Assembly (NCBI GenBank): GCA_038065175.1 | Contig: JBBTRN010000018.1 | Span: 1,445 to 47,978 of the forward strand | DNA from: Patescibacteria group bacterium | GTDB taxonomy: Bacteria; Patescibacteriota; Doudnabacteria; UBA920 | Direction: 5' to 3' | DNA length: 46,534 nt | The notes under the pieces: generated by a model | The model's database searches: none | What the model saw: only the letters and a program-made list of their open reading frames with translations | What the model was told of the DNA's origin: nothing | Shown here: positions 1-9,819 of the stretch, one piece after another | Numbering within the stretch: the first letter of the stretch is position 1 | Layout: every line of letters begins with the position of its first letter | Translations under genes and position numbers: made by a program

Positions 1-279
1 TGTTCACGACTCCCCCAGATGTGGAACACGGTTTTGGACGGGAAGCGGCTCGTCCTTGCGTCAGCAAGGAAGCAGAGCCCGCAAAAATTGATTCCTTAAT
101 TGAAAAAGTTTTTTGCGCGCGCCCACTGAAAGATGTGTCAATTTTTGCGGGCTTTGCGCCGCCGTCAGACGGCGAGCTGCTGGGTGGGCTGGCGCGCTCC
201 GCGCGCCAGTTAGTCCAGTCCGAAAAAGGTTCGCGCAAAGTGTATAATTACAGCACCACAAATTGCGTAAGCTCAAAAT

Positions 280-308
280 TTGACAAATAAATGCTTAGAT
301 GTTAAATT
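280..308 (+). promoter_or_regulatory. sigma70-type promoter for the decarboxylase gene
   Basis: TTGACA (280-285), 17-nt spacer, TAAATT (303-308). Confidence 0.55.
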
Positions 309-466
309 ATCGCTATCCTTAACTTATATAGGAGTTGAACAGGCGAGACACTCATCTTATTTTTTCCACCAATCATGTAAAGTCAACCCAATGGCTTAAT
401 TTAACCCGCTTAAATTTTATTTTGAATAAAATAATATAAACAAATTCATTTGAATTTGTTTTTTTA

Positions 467-1861
467 ATGAAGAATATGAAAAAAAAATCTATCGCCAAGC
501 GAAAAAACGGATTCAAAAAATTCTGGCGTTTGGGCTTGGATGAATTTAATACCGGAAATTTTGATATTTCCCCTGACGGGGAACTCATAGTGCGCGAAGG
601 GAACTACCAATACAATATTTTTGATATTGTAAAAAAATACGGCACATCCACGGAAATTGTCTTCCCGACAATTATGGAAAATCGGGTCCGTGACCTTATA
701 GAAACCTTTAACGCTTACATAAAAATTTTGGGTTACAAAGGAAAATTTTATTACCATTACGCCATGAAGGCCAACCAGACAAAAGAATTTGTGCTTCCCG
801 CTGTCGCAGAAGGGGCAAATTTAGATGTGGCTTCTGCCAATGAACTTTTTATTGTCAAAAGAATGATAGAACAAGATAAATTCAACGCAAAAATCCGCGT
901 TATTTGCAATGGACCAAAAACAGAAAAATACATTAATCTAATTGAGGAACTAAAAAATAAAGGGTTAATTGTCAATCCTATAATAGAAGATTATTACGAG
1001 CTGGAAAGGATGCAAAAATTCAAGGGGGAAGTCGGCATTAGGGTAAATTTAGACATTAAGGTTCAGGCCCATTGGGATAAAAAATTTAATCGCTACGGTT
1101 TTACCGAAGAAGAATTGCTGAAAATCGGCAAAGTTAGGGGGCTGTCCACGCTTCACTACCATATTTCAAAACAAATAGAAACCATAGACGGTTTTACTAA
1201 ACCCATAAAACGCGCTTTGGCTCTGTTTGCCAAAATGAAAGAAAAAAATCCGAGCTTGGATACTTTAGACATTGGAGGAGGAGCTGGTGTGCCGTTTGAA
1301 AAGAAAAAACATTTTTATTCAGGCAAAAGCCTAATCCAACAAATAATCAAAACCGCCAAAAAGGAAAGCGACAAGCTGGGAATTAAGCATCCCAACTTAA
1401 TTGTTGAGTGGGGAAGCTATGTTGCCGCGCCAGCGCAAATTACTATATATAAAATTTTAGCCCAAAAGGAGGTAGGAAATAAAGGCAAAAACAAATGGAA
1501 TGTCATTGACGGCAGCTTCATGAACGACCTGATAGACACCTGGGCAATTCGCCAAAAATGGCATGTTGCTCCGGTAAATTACTTGAACGCAAAAAAACTG
1601 GAGCCGGTATGGTTCGCCGGCAGCTCCTGCGACAGCGACGACAAGTACACCGCAGGAGGAGAATACATTATGCTTCCCCGCCTGTCTGACTGCGACGAAC
1701 TTTATGTGGCCTTCTTTGACACCGGAGCTTACCAGGACGCCCTGGCTTCCCACCATTGTCTTTTGTCTTCCCCGGCAAAATTAATTGCCCAGAATGGGGA
1801 AATTAAAATTGCCAGAAGACGGGAGAGCCCGGAAGATGTAAGCAAGCAATTCGGATGGTAG
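467..1861 (+). CDS. speA: PLP-dependent group IV decarboxylase, most like biosynthetic arginine decarboxylase
   Basis: YAMKANQ PLP-lysine motif, LHYHI, DIGGG, SCDSDD and FFDTGAYQD motifs of the SpeA/LysA/ODC fold. Confidence 0.75.
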   Translation: MKNMKKKSIAKRKNGFKKFWRLGLDEFNTGNFDISPDGELIVREGNYQYNIFDIVKKYGTSTEIVFPTIMENRVRDLIETFNAYIKILGYKGKFYYHYAMKANQTKEFVLPAVAEGANLDVASANELFIVKRMIEQDKFNAKIRVICNGPKTEKYINLIEELKNKGLIVNPIIEDYYELERMQKFKGEVGIRVNLDIKVQAHWDKKFNRYGFTEEELLKIGKVRGLSTLHYHISKQIETIDGFTKPIKRALALFAKMKEKNPSLDTLDIGGGAGVPFEKKKHFYSGKSLIQQIIKTAKKESDKLGIKHPNLIVEWGSYVAAPAQITIYKILAQKEVGNKGKNKWNVIDGSFMNDLIDTWAIRQKWHVAPVNYLNAKKLEPVWFAGSSCDSDDKYTAGGEYIMLPRLSDCDELYVAFFDTGAYQDALASHHCLLSSPAKLIAQNGEIKIARRRESPEDVSKQFGW

Positions 1862-1951
1862 GCTGGGGATATCTCCCTCGTATAAATCCAAATAAAAGTT
1901 TACAATATATTTAGAATTTTGTTTAAACAAGATTGGAAGGCGGTGAGAATA

Positions 1952-2176
1952 ATGAAGGTACTCCATATAGTAACTTTCGTATTAATTATTGTTGGGGCCT
2001 TAAACTGGGGCCTCGTTGGCCTTTTTGATTTTAATCTAGTCATGAGAATCCTTGGCGGAGCCCCGGGTATAGAAAAATTGGTATACATTTTAGTAGGAAT
2101 TTCCGCTGTGGTAGAAATTTTTACCCACTCAAAAACCTGTCGCATGTGCAAACCAGATTCCCCCCCGAGCATGTAA
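1952..2176 (+). CDS. DUF378-family small membrane protein
   Basis: LIIVGALNWGLVGLFDFNLV...VYILVGISA signature; ATG at 1952 follows GAAGGCGGTGAG. Confidence 0.85.
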   Translation: MKVLHIVTFVLIIVGALNWGLVGLFDFNLVMRILGGAPGIEKLVYILVGISAVVEIFTHSKTCRMCKPDSPPSM

Positions 2177-2210
2177 GGACTCTGAATTCAGGTGCGGGCT
2201 TAAAACTAAA

Positions 2211-2244
2211 TTAAAAGCCGCCCGAAACACCGGGCGGCTTTTAA
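2211..2244. terminator. bidirectional intrinsic terminator
   Basis: TTAAAAGCCGCCCG-aaacac-CGGGCGGCTTTTAA between convergent genes. Confidence 0.85.
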
Positions 2245-2254
2245 AAAAACTATG

Positions 2255-3469
2255 CTAACTAACAGCCGGCTGGTCAGCAGGCGGCAAAATTTGGACTTCC
2301 GGCTTAGGCGCCTCTGCCATAGCTTTTATGGACAACCCCAAACGGTGCTCAGCCGGTTCAATGGAAATAATTTTAAACTCTTTTTCTTCGCCCATTTTTA
2401 GAACTTCCTCGGCATTTTTTATGGCCGTATGGGAAAGTTCCATAATGTGGGCGAGCCCTTGTATATCTTTGTCTAATTCTACAAATACGCCAAAGGGCAT
2501 AATCTTCGCAATTTTACCTTTGACTATCTGGCCTATTTGATATTTTTTTACGGCTTCCAGCCAAGGATCGTCCTGCAACTGTTTAATAGACAAAGAAACT
2601 CTGCCCTTGTCTATGGAAATAACTTTGGCTTTAACCGCGTCTCCGACTTTTATAATATCCTTCGGATTTTCTATCCTCTGCCAAGCAAGTTCGCTAATGT
2701 GCACCAAGCCTTCCAGTTCCCCAAATTTCACAAAAGCGCCGAAATCCACAACGCCGGTAACCATACCCTCCACAATCTGCCCGATTTTTAAACTGGACAG
2801 CTTGTGCGATAACTCCGCTTCGAAAACTGACTTTTCGCTTACAATCAACTTTTCTTCTTCGCTGTCCGCGGTAATAATCTGCACATCGAACAATTGGCCG
2901 ACATAAGATTTTAGCACTTCTAAAATTTTGGACTTGTCCCCGTCTTCCACCCTCGGGTAATGCTCCATGGATAATTGCGACACCGGCAAAAAGCCTGCGG
3001 TGCCGTTGACCTCCACCATTAAGCCTCCCTTGTTGGCTTCAATTATTTTGGTACGGACGACTTCTTTACTTTCCATTTTTTGCCTCAAAGTCTGCCAGAC
3101 TCTTTCCTGGCCGGCCTGGCGGAGGGATAATTCAACAACACCCTCCTTATTTTCGCCTTCCATTACTGTAGCAAAAATTTTATCCCCGGCATTTAAGCTG
3201 GAAAGGCTTGCCTGGTCGTCGAATAATTCACGGCCCCTTACCACACCCAGCCCGTAGCCTTCCAAATCCACATAAACTTCATTTTTACCTACCGACAATA
3301 ATTTGCCCTCTACCATGTCGCCCGGCTTTAAAACTTTTATGTCCGCGCCGGCGGTTAAAAGCTCTTGCATGGTTTGGGCGCTTTGGGCTTTGGGGTCCGC
3401 AATTTCAATGGGGGCGTTGGCTACCGCCACCGCGGACATTTGGTTTAATTGGTTATTTTGATCTGTCAT
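2255..3469 (-). CDS. rpsA: 30S ribosomal protein S1 (short, four S1 domains)
   Basis: repeated S1 motifs (FGAFVKFGELEGLVHISEL, FGVFVELDKDIQGLAHIMEL, NKGGLMVEVNG). Confidence 0.9.
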   Translation of the reverse strand: MTDQNNQLNQMSAVAVANAPIEIADPKAQSAQTMQELLTAGADIKVLKPGDMVEGKLLSVGKNEVYVDLEGYGLGVVRGRELFDDQASLSSLNAGDKIFATVMEGENKEGVVELSLRQAGQERVWQTLRQKMESKEVVRTKIIEANKGGLMVEVNGTAGFLPVSQLSMEHYPRVEDGDKSKILEVLKSYVGQLFDVQIITADSEEEKLIVSEKSVFEAELSHKLSSLKIGQIVEGMVTGVVDFGAFVKFGELEGLVHISELAWQRIENPKDIIKVGDAVKAKVISIDKGRVSLSIKQLQDDPWLEAVKKYQIGQIVKGKIAKIMPFGVFVELDKDIQGLAHIMELSHTAIKNAEEVLKMGEEKEFKIISIEPAEHRLGLSIKAMAEAPKPEVQILPPADQPAVS

Positions 3470-3481
3470 ATAATTAATGTT

Positions 3482-3509
3482 ATCCGCCGTCGCTGAAGCT
3501 ATGGCGGAT
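3482..3509. repeat. REP-like GC-rich palindrome
   Basis: ATCCGCCGT-cgctgaagct-ATGGCGGAT hairpin just upstream of rpsA. Confidence 0.55.
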
Positions 3510-3851
3510 TGTCCTCTAAAAAATGATTATTGAGGACAAAAAAATCGACCCCAATGGTTTTAGATCGATAAATTGAAAAAACTTTAGTTGCATTAATTCT
3601 TAAACGCGCCTGCTTACATAGGCTTATCTGGGATAAATGATTTATTATAAAGACGCGTAGCCAAATAAGCTTTAATATTATATAGGATTTTATTAAAATT
3701 GCAAGTCGCTGTTGGGGGGTTAAAACCCTTCCCTTTTCCTCTTAAAAAGGCTATAATAAAAATGTAAAGCGCAAAACGAAGAGCGAAAAACACGAAAAAT
3801 CTTTTAAATTTTAGACTGTTATTTTGCACTTTTCGCTTTACCTTTTAGACT

Positions 3852-4478
3852 ATGAATATCCAATACTTCGGCTTATCGAGCTTTAAAATTACCACAAAAG
3901 AAGCTGTAATTATAACTGACCCCTTCCACAAAGATTCCGGGCTCACACCCCCCCGGGGAGCCGCGGATATTTTAATTTTGGCCGACAAAACCAACAAAAA
4001 ATATTCAGCGGTTTCGGGCATTTCGGGCACGCCGTTTATGATGGATACCCCGGGGGAATACGACATGAAGGGCATAACTGTAAACGGCATACCCCTTAAC
4101 CAGGAAGAAAAATATGTAAGCGTATTTTTAATTGAAAGCGAAGACATCCGGCTGCTTAACCTTACTCACATAAAAGACTGGAGTATGAAAGAAGAGGAAA
4201 TAGAAAATTTGGGTGAAATAGATATTTTGATTCTGCCAGTGGGGGGGAATACAGTGCTGTCAGCCTCCCAGGCCAGCAAAGTGGTAAACGAAATCGAGCC
4301 GAAGATTGTTATCCCCTGCCATTATAAAATGGCGGGACTGATTTTTGATTTAGACAACGCGGAAAAATTTATAAAAGAAATGGGCGGAAAAAAAGAGGAA
4401 ATGGAAAAATTGACTCTAAAGAAAAAAGATTTGCAGGAAGAGGAGTCAAAAGTAGTGGTATTAGAGCCGCTAAGATAA
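3852..4478 (+). CDS. MBL-fold hydrolase-like protein (metal ligands degenerate)
   Basis: IQYFGLSSFKI, IITDPF, PGEYD, DILILPVGG and IVIPCHY typical of the family; HxHxDH absent. Confidence 0.8.
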   Translation: MNIQYFGLSSFKITTKEAVIITDPFHKDSGLTPPRGAADILILADKTNKKYSAVSGISGTPFMMDTPGEYDMKGITVNGIPLNQEEKYVSVFLIESEDIRLLNLTHIKDWSMKEEEIENLGEIDILILPVGGNTVLSASQASKVVNEIEPKIVIPCHYKMAGLIFDLDNAEKFIKEMGGKKEEMEKLTLKKKDLQEEESKVVVLEPLR

Positions 4479-4595
4479 TTGCGATACGGATATCCTGATC
4501 CATTCAGATGATACTGATAATACGGAACAAACATAGAAAATAGAATCAGTATTATCCGTATCATCGGTATTCAAATCCGTATATCAGTATCATAT
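4479..4595. repeat. empty inverted array of degenerate ATACGGAT/ATACTGAT units
   Basis: left arm gatacggatat...gatactgataatacgga; right arm atcagtattatccgtatc...atccgtatatcagtatc; fills the whole intergenic gap. Confidence 0.7.
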
Positions 4596-4784
4596 ATGTC
4601 CGTATTAGATAAAATCAGGAATAAACCCCACGCTGAAAAAGTGCGTTTAATCTGGATTATTTGCATAATTACCGGGGTTATACTGGTAGTGGTATGGATC
4701 TTTACCAGTAAAATTAATAAAAATATGCCGAAAGACACCAGATTGTTTCAATCAGCCAAAGAAAGTATAAAAAATTTAAAGTAA
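4596..4784 (+). CDS. small single-TM membrane protein
   Basis: 62 aa ORF with one hydrophobic helix; stop overlaps the gyrA start (TAATG). Confidence 0.7.
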   Translation: MSVLDKIRNKPHAEKVRLIWIICIITGVILVVVWIFTSKINKNMPKDTRLFQSAKESIKNLK

Positions 4785-7249
4785 TGCCTAAAGATTCATC
4801 AAAACCGATATCCGATAATATAGGGCTAATTAAACCCCGGGGGCTCCAAGCTGAAATGCAGGAGTCGTATTTAGATTACGCCATGAGCGTAATTGTGTCC
4901 CGCGCCTTGCCCGACGTCCGCGACGGCTTAAAACCCGTACACAGGCGAATTTTATACGTTATGCACGAGCTTGGCCTTAGGCACACTGTTAAATTCAGAA
5001 AATCCGCGGCTGTAGTCGGGGATGTCCTGGGCAAGTACCATCCCCACGGCGACCAGGCGGTTTACCAGTCCATGGTCCACATGACGCAGGATTTTTCCAT
5101 GCGCTATCCGCTAATAGACGGACAAGGAAACTTCGGCTCAATGGACGGGGACGGGGCAGCTGCCATGAGGTATACGGAAAGCAGGATGTCGGCACTGGCA
5201 GAAGAATTATTGACTGACTTGGACAAAGAAACAGTAAGCTGGCGCGACAACTACGATGCCACCAGAAAAGAACCGGCGGTTTTGCCGGGCAAACTGCCCA
5301 ATTTACTTCTAAACGGGTCGTTAGGCATTGCAGTGGGTATGGCTACGGATATCCCTCCCCATAACCTTGCTGAAATTGCCAACGCAATAATTAAACTTAT
5401 TGACGACCCGGAAAGTACCACGGAAGACTTGCTGGAATTCGTCAGCGGGCCGGATTTCCCAACCGGCGGAATTATTTACGACCTTGCGGCCATTAAGAAC
5501 GCCTACGCCACGGGCAAGGGCAGTATTGTTATGCGCGGTAAAACCGAAATTATTGAGACAAAAAGCGGTTCATACCAAATTATAATCAACGAAATCCCTT
5601 ACCGCGTTAACAAAGCCACGCTTTTAGAAAAAATGGCCGATTTGGTCAAGGACAAAAAAATTGAGGGAATAAAAGACATTAGGGACGAAAGCGACAAAGA
5701 CGGCGTGAGAGTGGTGATTGATTTAAAAAAAGAAGCTTTAGCCAACAAAATTTTAAATCAATTATTTTCCTACACCCAGCTGCAGGAAACCTTCCACATG
5801 AACATGCTGGCGCTGGTAGACGGCATTGAGCCCCATGTGCTTAACTTAAAAACTGTGTTAGAAAAATATTTGGAGCACAGGCAGTTAATTGTGAAAAAGC
5901 GGACTGAATTCGAGCTAAAAAAAGCCAAGGAGCGCGAACATATTTTAGAAGGCCTGAAAAAAGCCCTGGACCATATTGACCAAATTATCAGCGTAATAAA
6001 AAAGAGCCCGACTAAGGAAGAAGCGCAGTTAAATTTAATAAAAAAATTCAAATTTACGGAAATCCAGGCCCAAGCGATTTTAGAAATGCGGCTCCAAACT
6101 TTGGCGGGGCTCGAAAGGAAGAAAGTTGACGACGAATTAAAAGAAAAACGCGCGCTCATAGCGGAACTGGAGGATATTTTAAAATCCAGCAAGAAAATTT
6201 TAGGGATTATAAAAAGGGAAATTGTGGAATTAAAAGAAAAATTTGGCGACGAAAGAAGGACGCAGGTGGTAAAAAGCGCGGTCGGGACTTTTTCTGCTGA
6301 AGATTTAATCCCGGAAGAAAATGTAATTATTACGGTTACTAAATCGGGTTATGTAAAAAGGCTGGCGCCGGACACCTACCGCCAACAAGCGCGTGGCGGC
6401 AAGGGGGTTATTGGGCAAACCTTAAAAGAAGAGGATGTAGTGGAAAAACTGATTACTTCAAATACCCACGACGAAATTTTATTCTTTACCAACAAGGGCA
6501 GAGCTTTCCAGACCAAAGTTTATGAACTGCCCGAAGGTTCGCGCGTGTCGAAGGGCCAGGCCTTGGTCAACTTCCTGCAACTCCAGGCAGGTGAAACCGC
6601 GCAGGCAATATTGACCCTCACAAAAAAGGACCAGACCAAATTTTTAGTTATGGCGACTAAATAAGGCCTTATTAAAAAAGTTGCACGGGATGAATTTACT
6701 AAAGTAAGACGCAGCGGATTAATTGCCATCGGGCTAAAAGACAACGATGAGCTTAAATGGGTGGAAGGGACAAGCGGCGAAGACCAAATTATGCTATCTA
6801 CCCCGAACGGCCAGGCTATCCGCTTTAGTGAAAAAGACGTGCGTCCCATGGGCAGGAATGCTTCGGGCGTTGCCGGCATGCGCATAAAAAAAGACGATGA
6901 GCTTATCTCTATGGATATTATTAGAAAAGAGGCGGATATTAAAAACTTAGAAGTTTTGGTGGTTACAGAAAATGGCCTGGGCAAAAAGAGTAAAATCGCG
7001 GACTACAAAATCCAGAGGCGCGCGGGCAGTGGGGTTAAAACGCTTAAAGTTACGCCCAAGACCGGCAAAATAGTTGCAATGTATATTTTGGATCCAACCA
7101 TTGAACACGATTTGGTGGTAATTTCCAAAATGGGCCAAACCATAAGAACACCATTAAATTCCGTCTCCACTCTCGGCCGCGCCACACAAGGGGTAAGGGT
7201 TATGAGATTGGATGCGGGAGATAAAGTAGCAAGCGCGACGATAATTTAG
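4784..7249 (+). CDS. gyrA: DNA gyrase subunit A with one in-frame TAA at 6662-6664 (error or nonsense allele)
   Basis: [22 protein letters not shown] and GyrA-box QARGGKG; CTD pinwheel repeats continue in the same frame after MATK*GLIKK (822 codons in total). Confidence 0.92.
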
Positions 7250-7323
7250 CGAATAGCTGGTAGCAGGCAGTAAGTAGTACATAAAACTCCGGCAAATAGC
7301 GGAGGGCGGGGTTTAATTTTAGT

Positions 7324-7521
7324 TCAATTTAATCTTGTATATTTACCTTTCCTATAAATTAAGCTAAGGTGCCGGGTATCCTCAAATATCCATTTTTGTT
7401 CTTTTTTGGTCTTATATTCAGCAGCTTTAACATAACAGTGGCCGAGAATTTTCAAATTCTTCCCTGGCTCAAAATGCACTTCTGCTAAATGATTATTAAC
7501 CTTGGCAAAACACCAATGCAT
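7324..7521 (-). CDS. hypothetical protein
   Basis: 65 aa ORF immediately downstream of the tRNA on the same strand. Confidence 0.5.
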   Translation of the reverse strand: MHWCFAKVNNHLAEVHFEPGKNLKILGHCYVKAAEYKTKKEQKWIFEDTRHLSLIYRKGKYTRLN

Positions 7522-7536
7522 AAGCTATTTTTAATA

Positions 7537-7613
7537 TGGTGGGTGTACCTGGACTCGAACCAGGAACCGTTCGGATATAAGCCGAATGCTATAACCAATT
7601 GAGCTATACACCC
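7537..7613 (-). tRNA. tRNA-Ile (anticodon UAU)
   Basis: reverse complement GGGTGTA-TAGCTCAATTGGTTATAGCA-TTCGG-CTTATAT-CCGAA-CGGTT-CCTGGTTCGAGTCCAGG-TACACCC-ACCA; full cloverleaf with encoded CCA. Confidence 0.93.
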
Positions 7614-7716
7614 CTAAAACTTACAATATTATATTCTATCTTCATAGCAGTTTGCAATGGCAGAAATTAAACATGCTATAATGCTTATACTTTTAATCCT
7701 TAATCTATAATCTTAA

Positions 7717-8409
7717 ATGACCCAAGAAAGCCAAAAGAAAGTTTTATTCACCATAATTTTTGGAGTACTGGCGCTCGGCGCCCTCCAGGTACCCTTAAAC
7801 CAGCTGGTTGGCTCCAATGCCAAATTCACGCTCTTTGACAGTTTTGGCCCCATTGCCACCGGCTTCATTGGAACTCTGCCCGGCATAATAGCGGTATTTT
7901 TAGCCCAACTGACTAATTTCATTCTTCACGGCGCGCAAGTGGTGGATGCCGGCACAATTATCCGCTTTTTCCCTATGTTATTCGCGGCCTGGTATTTTGC
8001 AAAACCCCGGCGGATAAACATCCTAATCCCGATTCTGGCTATTACGGCCTTTAATCTCCATCCGATCGGCAGAAGTGCCTGGTACTTTTCGCTGTTTTGG
8101 CTCATCCCCATAGCTTGCGAATTTCTGCGCGATAGATCTTTGATCGCAAGAGCTCTTGGCGCGACTTTTACGGCTCATGCTGTCGGCGGCGCTTTATGGG
8201 TCTGGACCTTTGGTTTAACCAAGGAAATTTGGACATCCCTGATTCCGATGGTGGCCATGGAACGCGCCTTATTTGCCACTGGCATTTGCCTAACCTATTT
8301 GGCCATGAACAATATTTTAGCGGTGTTGGATGACAGAAAAGTGGTGGATGCCAGTGGGTTGGTGAATCAAAATTTAGTTTGGAACAAACTCCTTAGCCAA
8401 AAAGCTTAA
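7717..8409 (+). CDS. multi-pass membrane protein, ECF S-component-like (possible folate uptake)
   Basis: about 6 hydrophobic segments in 230 aa; directly upstream of a folate-type glutamate ligase; the substrate is inferred from context. Confidence 0.55.
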   Translation: MTQESQKKVLFTIIFGVLALGALQVPLNQLVGSNAKFTLFDSFGPIATGFIGTLPGIIAVFLAQLTNFILHGAQVVDAGTIIRFFPMLFAAWYFAKPRRINILIPILAITAFNLHPIGRSAWYFSLFWLIPIACEFLRDRSLIARALGATFTAHAVGGALWVWTFGLTKEIWTSLIPMVAMERALFATGICLTYLAMNNILAVLDDRKVVDASGLVNQNLVWNKLLSQKA

Positions 8410-8416
8410 AGAGATT

Positions 8417-8448
8417 CCGTTCTCCTATTCGCACGAATAGGAGAACGG
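8417..8448. repeat. perfect palindromic hairpin between two co-directional genes
   Basis: CCGTTCTCCTATTCG-ca-CGAATAGGAGAACGG; no U-tract; covers AGGAG upstream of the next ATG. Confidence 0.7.
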
Positions 8449-8456
8449 CCATACAG

Positions 8457-9209
8457 ATGCGTTTAGAAATAATTCCGATCAAAACTCAAAAATTCCTGCC
8501 GCCGAAAGATGACATTACAGATACACTCAAACATCTCCCCAAGCTCAAAGAGGGAGATGTTTTGGTCATTGCTTCTAAAATATTAGCAATTCATCAGGGA
8601 AGAACCTTAAAGCGAAAAGCGAAAAGCGACCCGTTCGACAGGCTCAGGACAAACAAGCGAAAAATTATAGAACAGGAAGCGGATTATTTTTTACCAATGC
8701 ATAAAGTTGCTAATGCGGATATTGTTTTGACGATCAAAGATCATACGCTCATACCTTCCGCAGGGATAGACGAAAGCAATGGGCAAAGATATTACATTTT
8801 GTGGCCAAAAAATTCATCGAAGGAGGCAAAAAAAATAGCTGTGATGCTAAAAAAGCGCGATAAGATAAAACGCTTTGGAGTCATTATCACCGACAGCCAC
8901 ACCACGCCTTTAAGGTGGGGGACGCAAGGCATCTCAATTGGCTTTTTTGGAATTGAACCTCTAAAAGATTACCGGGGCAAAAAAGATATTTTCGGCCGGA
9001 AATTAAAATACACGCAAAGTAATATTGTAGATAGCCTGGCTAATTTAGGTGTACTAATGATGGGCGAGGGTAAAGAACAAACGCCAATGGTGATTATCCG
9101 AGGATTTAAGAATCTTAGATTCACTAACAAAGGCACTCACCGCAAACTAGTAATTGACCCGAAAAAAGATTTGTATTACCCGCTCTTAAAGATATTCAAA
9201 AAAAGATGA
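8457..9209 (+). CDS. CofE/F420-0:gamma-glutamyl ligase family (folate gamma-glutamate ligase type)
   Basis: GDVLVIASKI, PSAGIDESN, GVIITDSHTTPLRWG, DYRGKKDIFGR and MGEGKEQTP. Confidence 0.85.
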   Translation: MRLEIIPIKTQKFLPPKDDITDTLKHLPKLKEGDVLVIASKILAIHQGRTLKRKAKSDPFDRLRTNKRKIIEQEADYFLPMHKVANADIVLTIKDHTLIPSAGIDESNGQRYYILWPKNSSKEAKKIAVMLKKRDKIKRFGVIITDSHTTPLRWGTQGISIGFFGIEPLKDYRGKKDIFGRKLKYTQSNIVDSLANLGVLMMGEGKEQTPMVIIRGFKNLRFTNKGTHRKLVIDPKKDLYYPLLKIFKKR

Positions 9210-9221
9210 AGAGGCCGCTTG

Positions 9222-9809
9222 TCACTTGCGGCCTCCTTTGGTAAAGCGACGGTTGAACACGAGGTACAACCGAGGTTCAGTATGCCCTTGGGCAAGGCTG
9301 AAGCGTAGGGCGCCGGCAAACGAAACATCGAAGCCCGCCAAACTGCCAAGCTTCCTGCTTGCTCGTGGCCCAATCTGGACCGTATCCCGCCGACCAAGTT
9401 GGTGCAAATTCTCCGTTTCTGCCCCTGCCGCAAGGCCCTTCCAAACCCGCCTTTCAACTATCACAAACTCATAAAAGGCCTGCTTGGTCAGGAACACCGC
9501 GCCTTCGGTATACAAGCGCCAACGGCCTGACTGCTTGTCGAATCGCACATCCAACATCCATTGATTCCCTTTCGGGTTCCACTGGCGCTGAATCATGCCT
9601 TCCAGCCACCAACTATTGCCGCGCCGTCCAATGCCGGCAAAAAGGTTAGTGGTACTGGGGGTTTGCGTACGCAGATTGGTAATTGACCAAGCCGGAATAA
9701 ACCAGCGGTCGCTCACATCAACCTGCAAATGAAGAACATCGCGATTCTGCCAATCCTGGGCAAAGCCATATGTACTGAACAACAAGATAAGCGAACCAAT
9801 ATTTCTCAT
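9222..9809 (-). CDS. secreted beta-strand-rich protein (beta-barrel-like)
   Basis: signal peptide MRNIGSLILLFSTYGFA|Q, alternating aromatic/hydrophobic strands, SD GAGGGG before ATG 9809. Confidence 0.65.
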   Translation of the reverse strand: MRNIGSLILLFSTYGFAQDWQNRDVLHLQVDVSDRWFIPAWSITNLRTQTPSTTNLFAGIGRRGNSWWLEGMIQRQWNPKGNQWMLDVRFDKQSGRWRLYTEGAVFLTKQAFYEFVIVERRVWKGLAAGAETENLHQLGRRDTVQIGPRASRKLGSLAGFDVSFAGALRFSLAQGHTEPRLYLVFNRRFTKGGRK

Positions 9810-9819
9810 TCTCTTCCCC

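Noticed and set aside
1-290. ORFs 21-290 (+) and 61-276 (-), and a possible minus-strand GTG start at 7 with GGGGAG
   Set aside because: The ORFs have no recognisable motifs and overlap promoter-like DNA; the possible gene running off the left edge has too little sequence to call.
309-466. Named riboswitch upstream of the decarboxylase
   Set aside because: No known aptamer consensus or clear terminator could be recognised by eye.
394-2204. speA plus DUF378 as cargo of one CCC...GGG element (TTAACCCGC ... GCGGGCTTAA)
   Set aside because: Only about 5 bp of end complementarity and poorly matching flanks; indistinguishable from chance.
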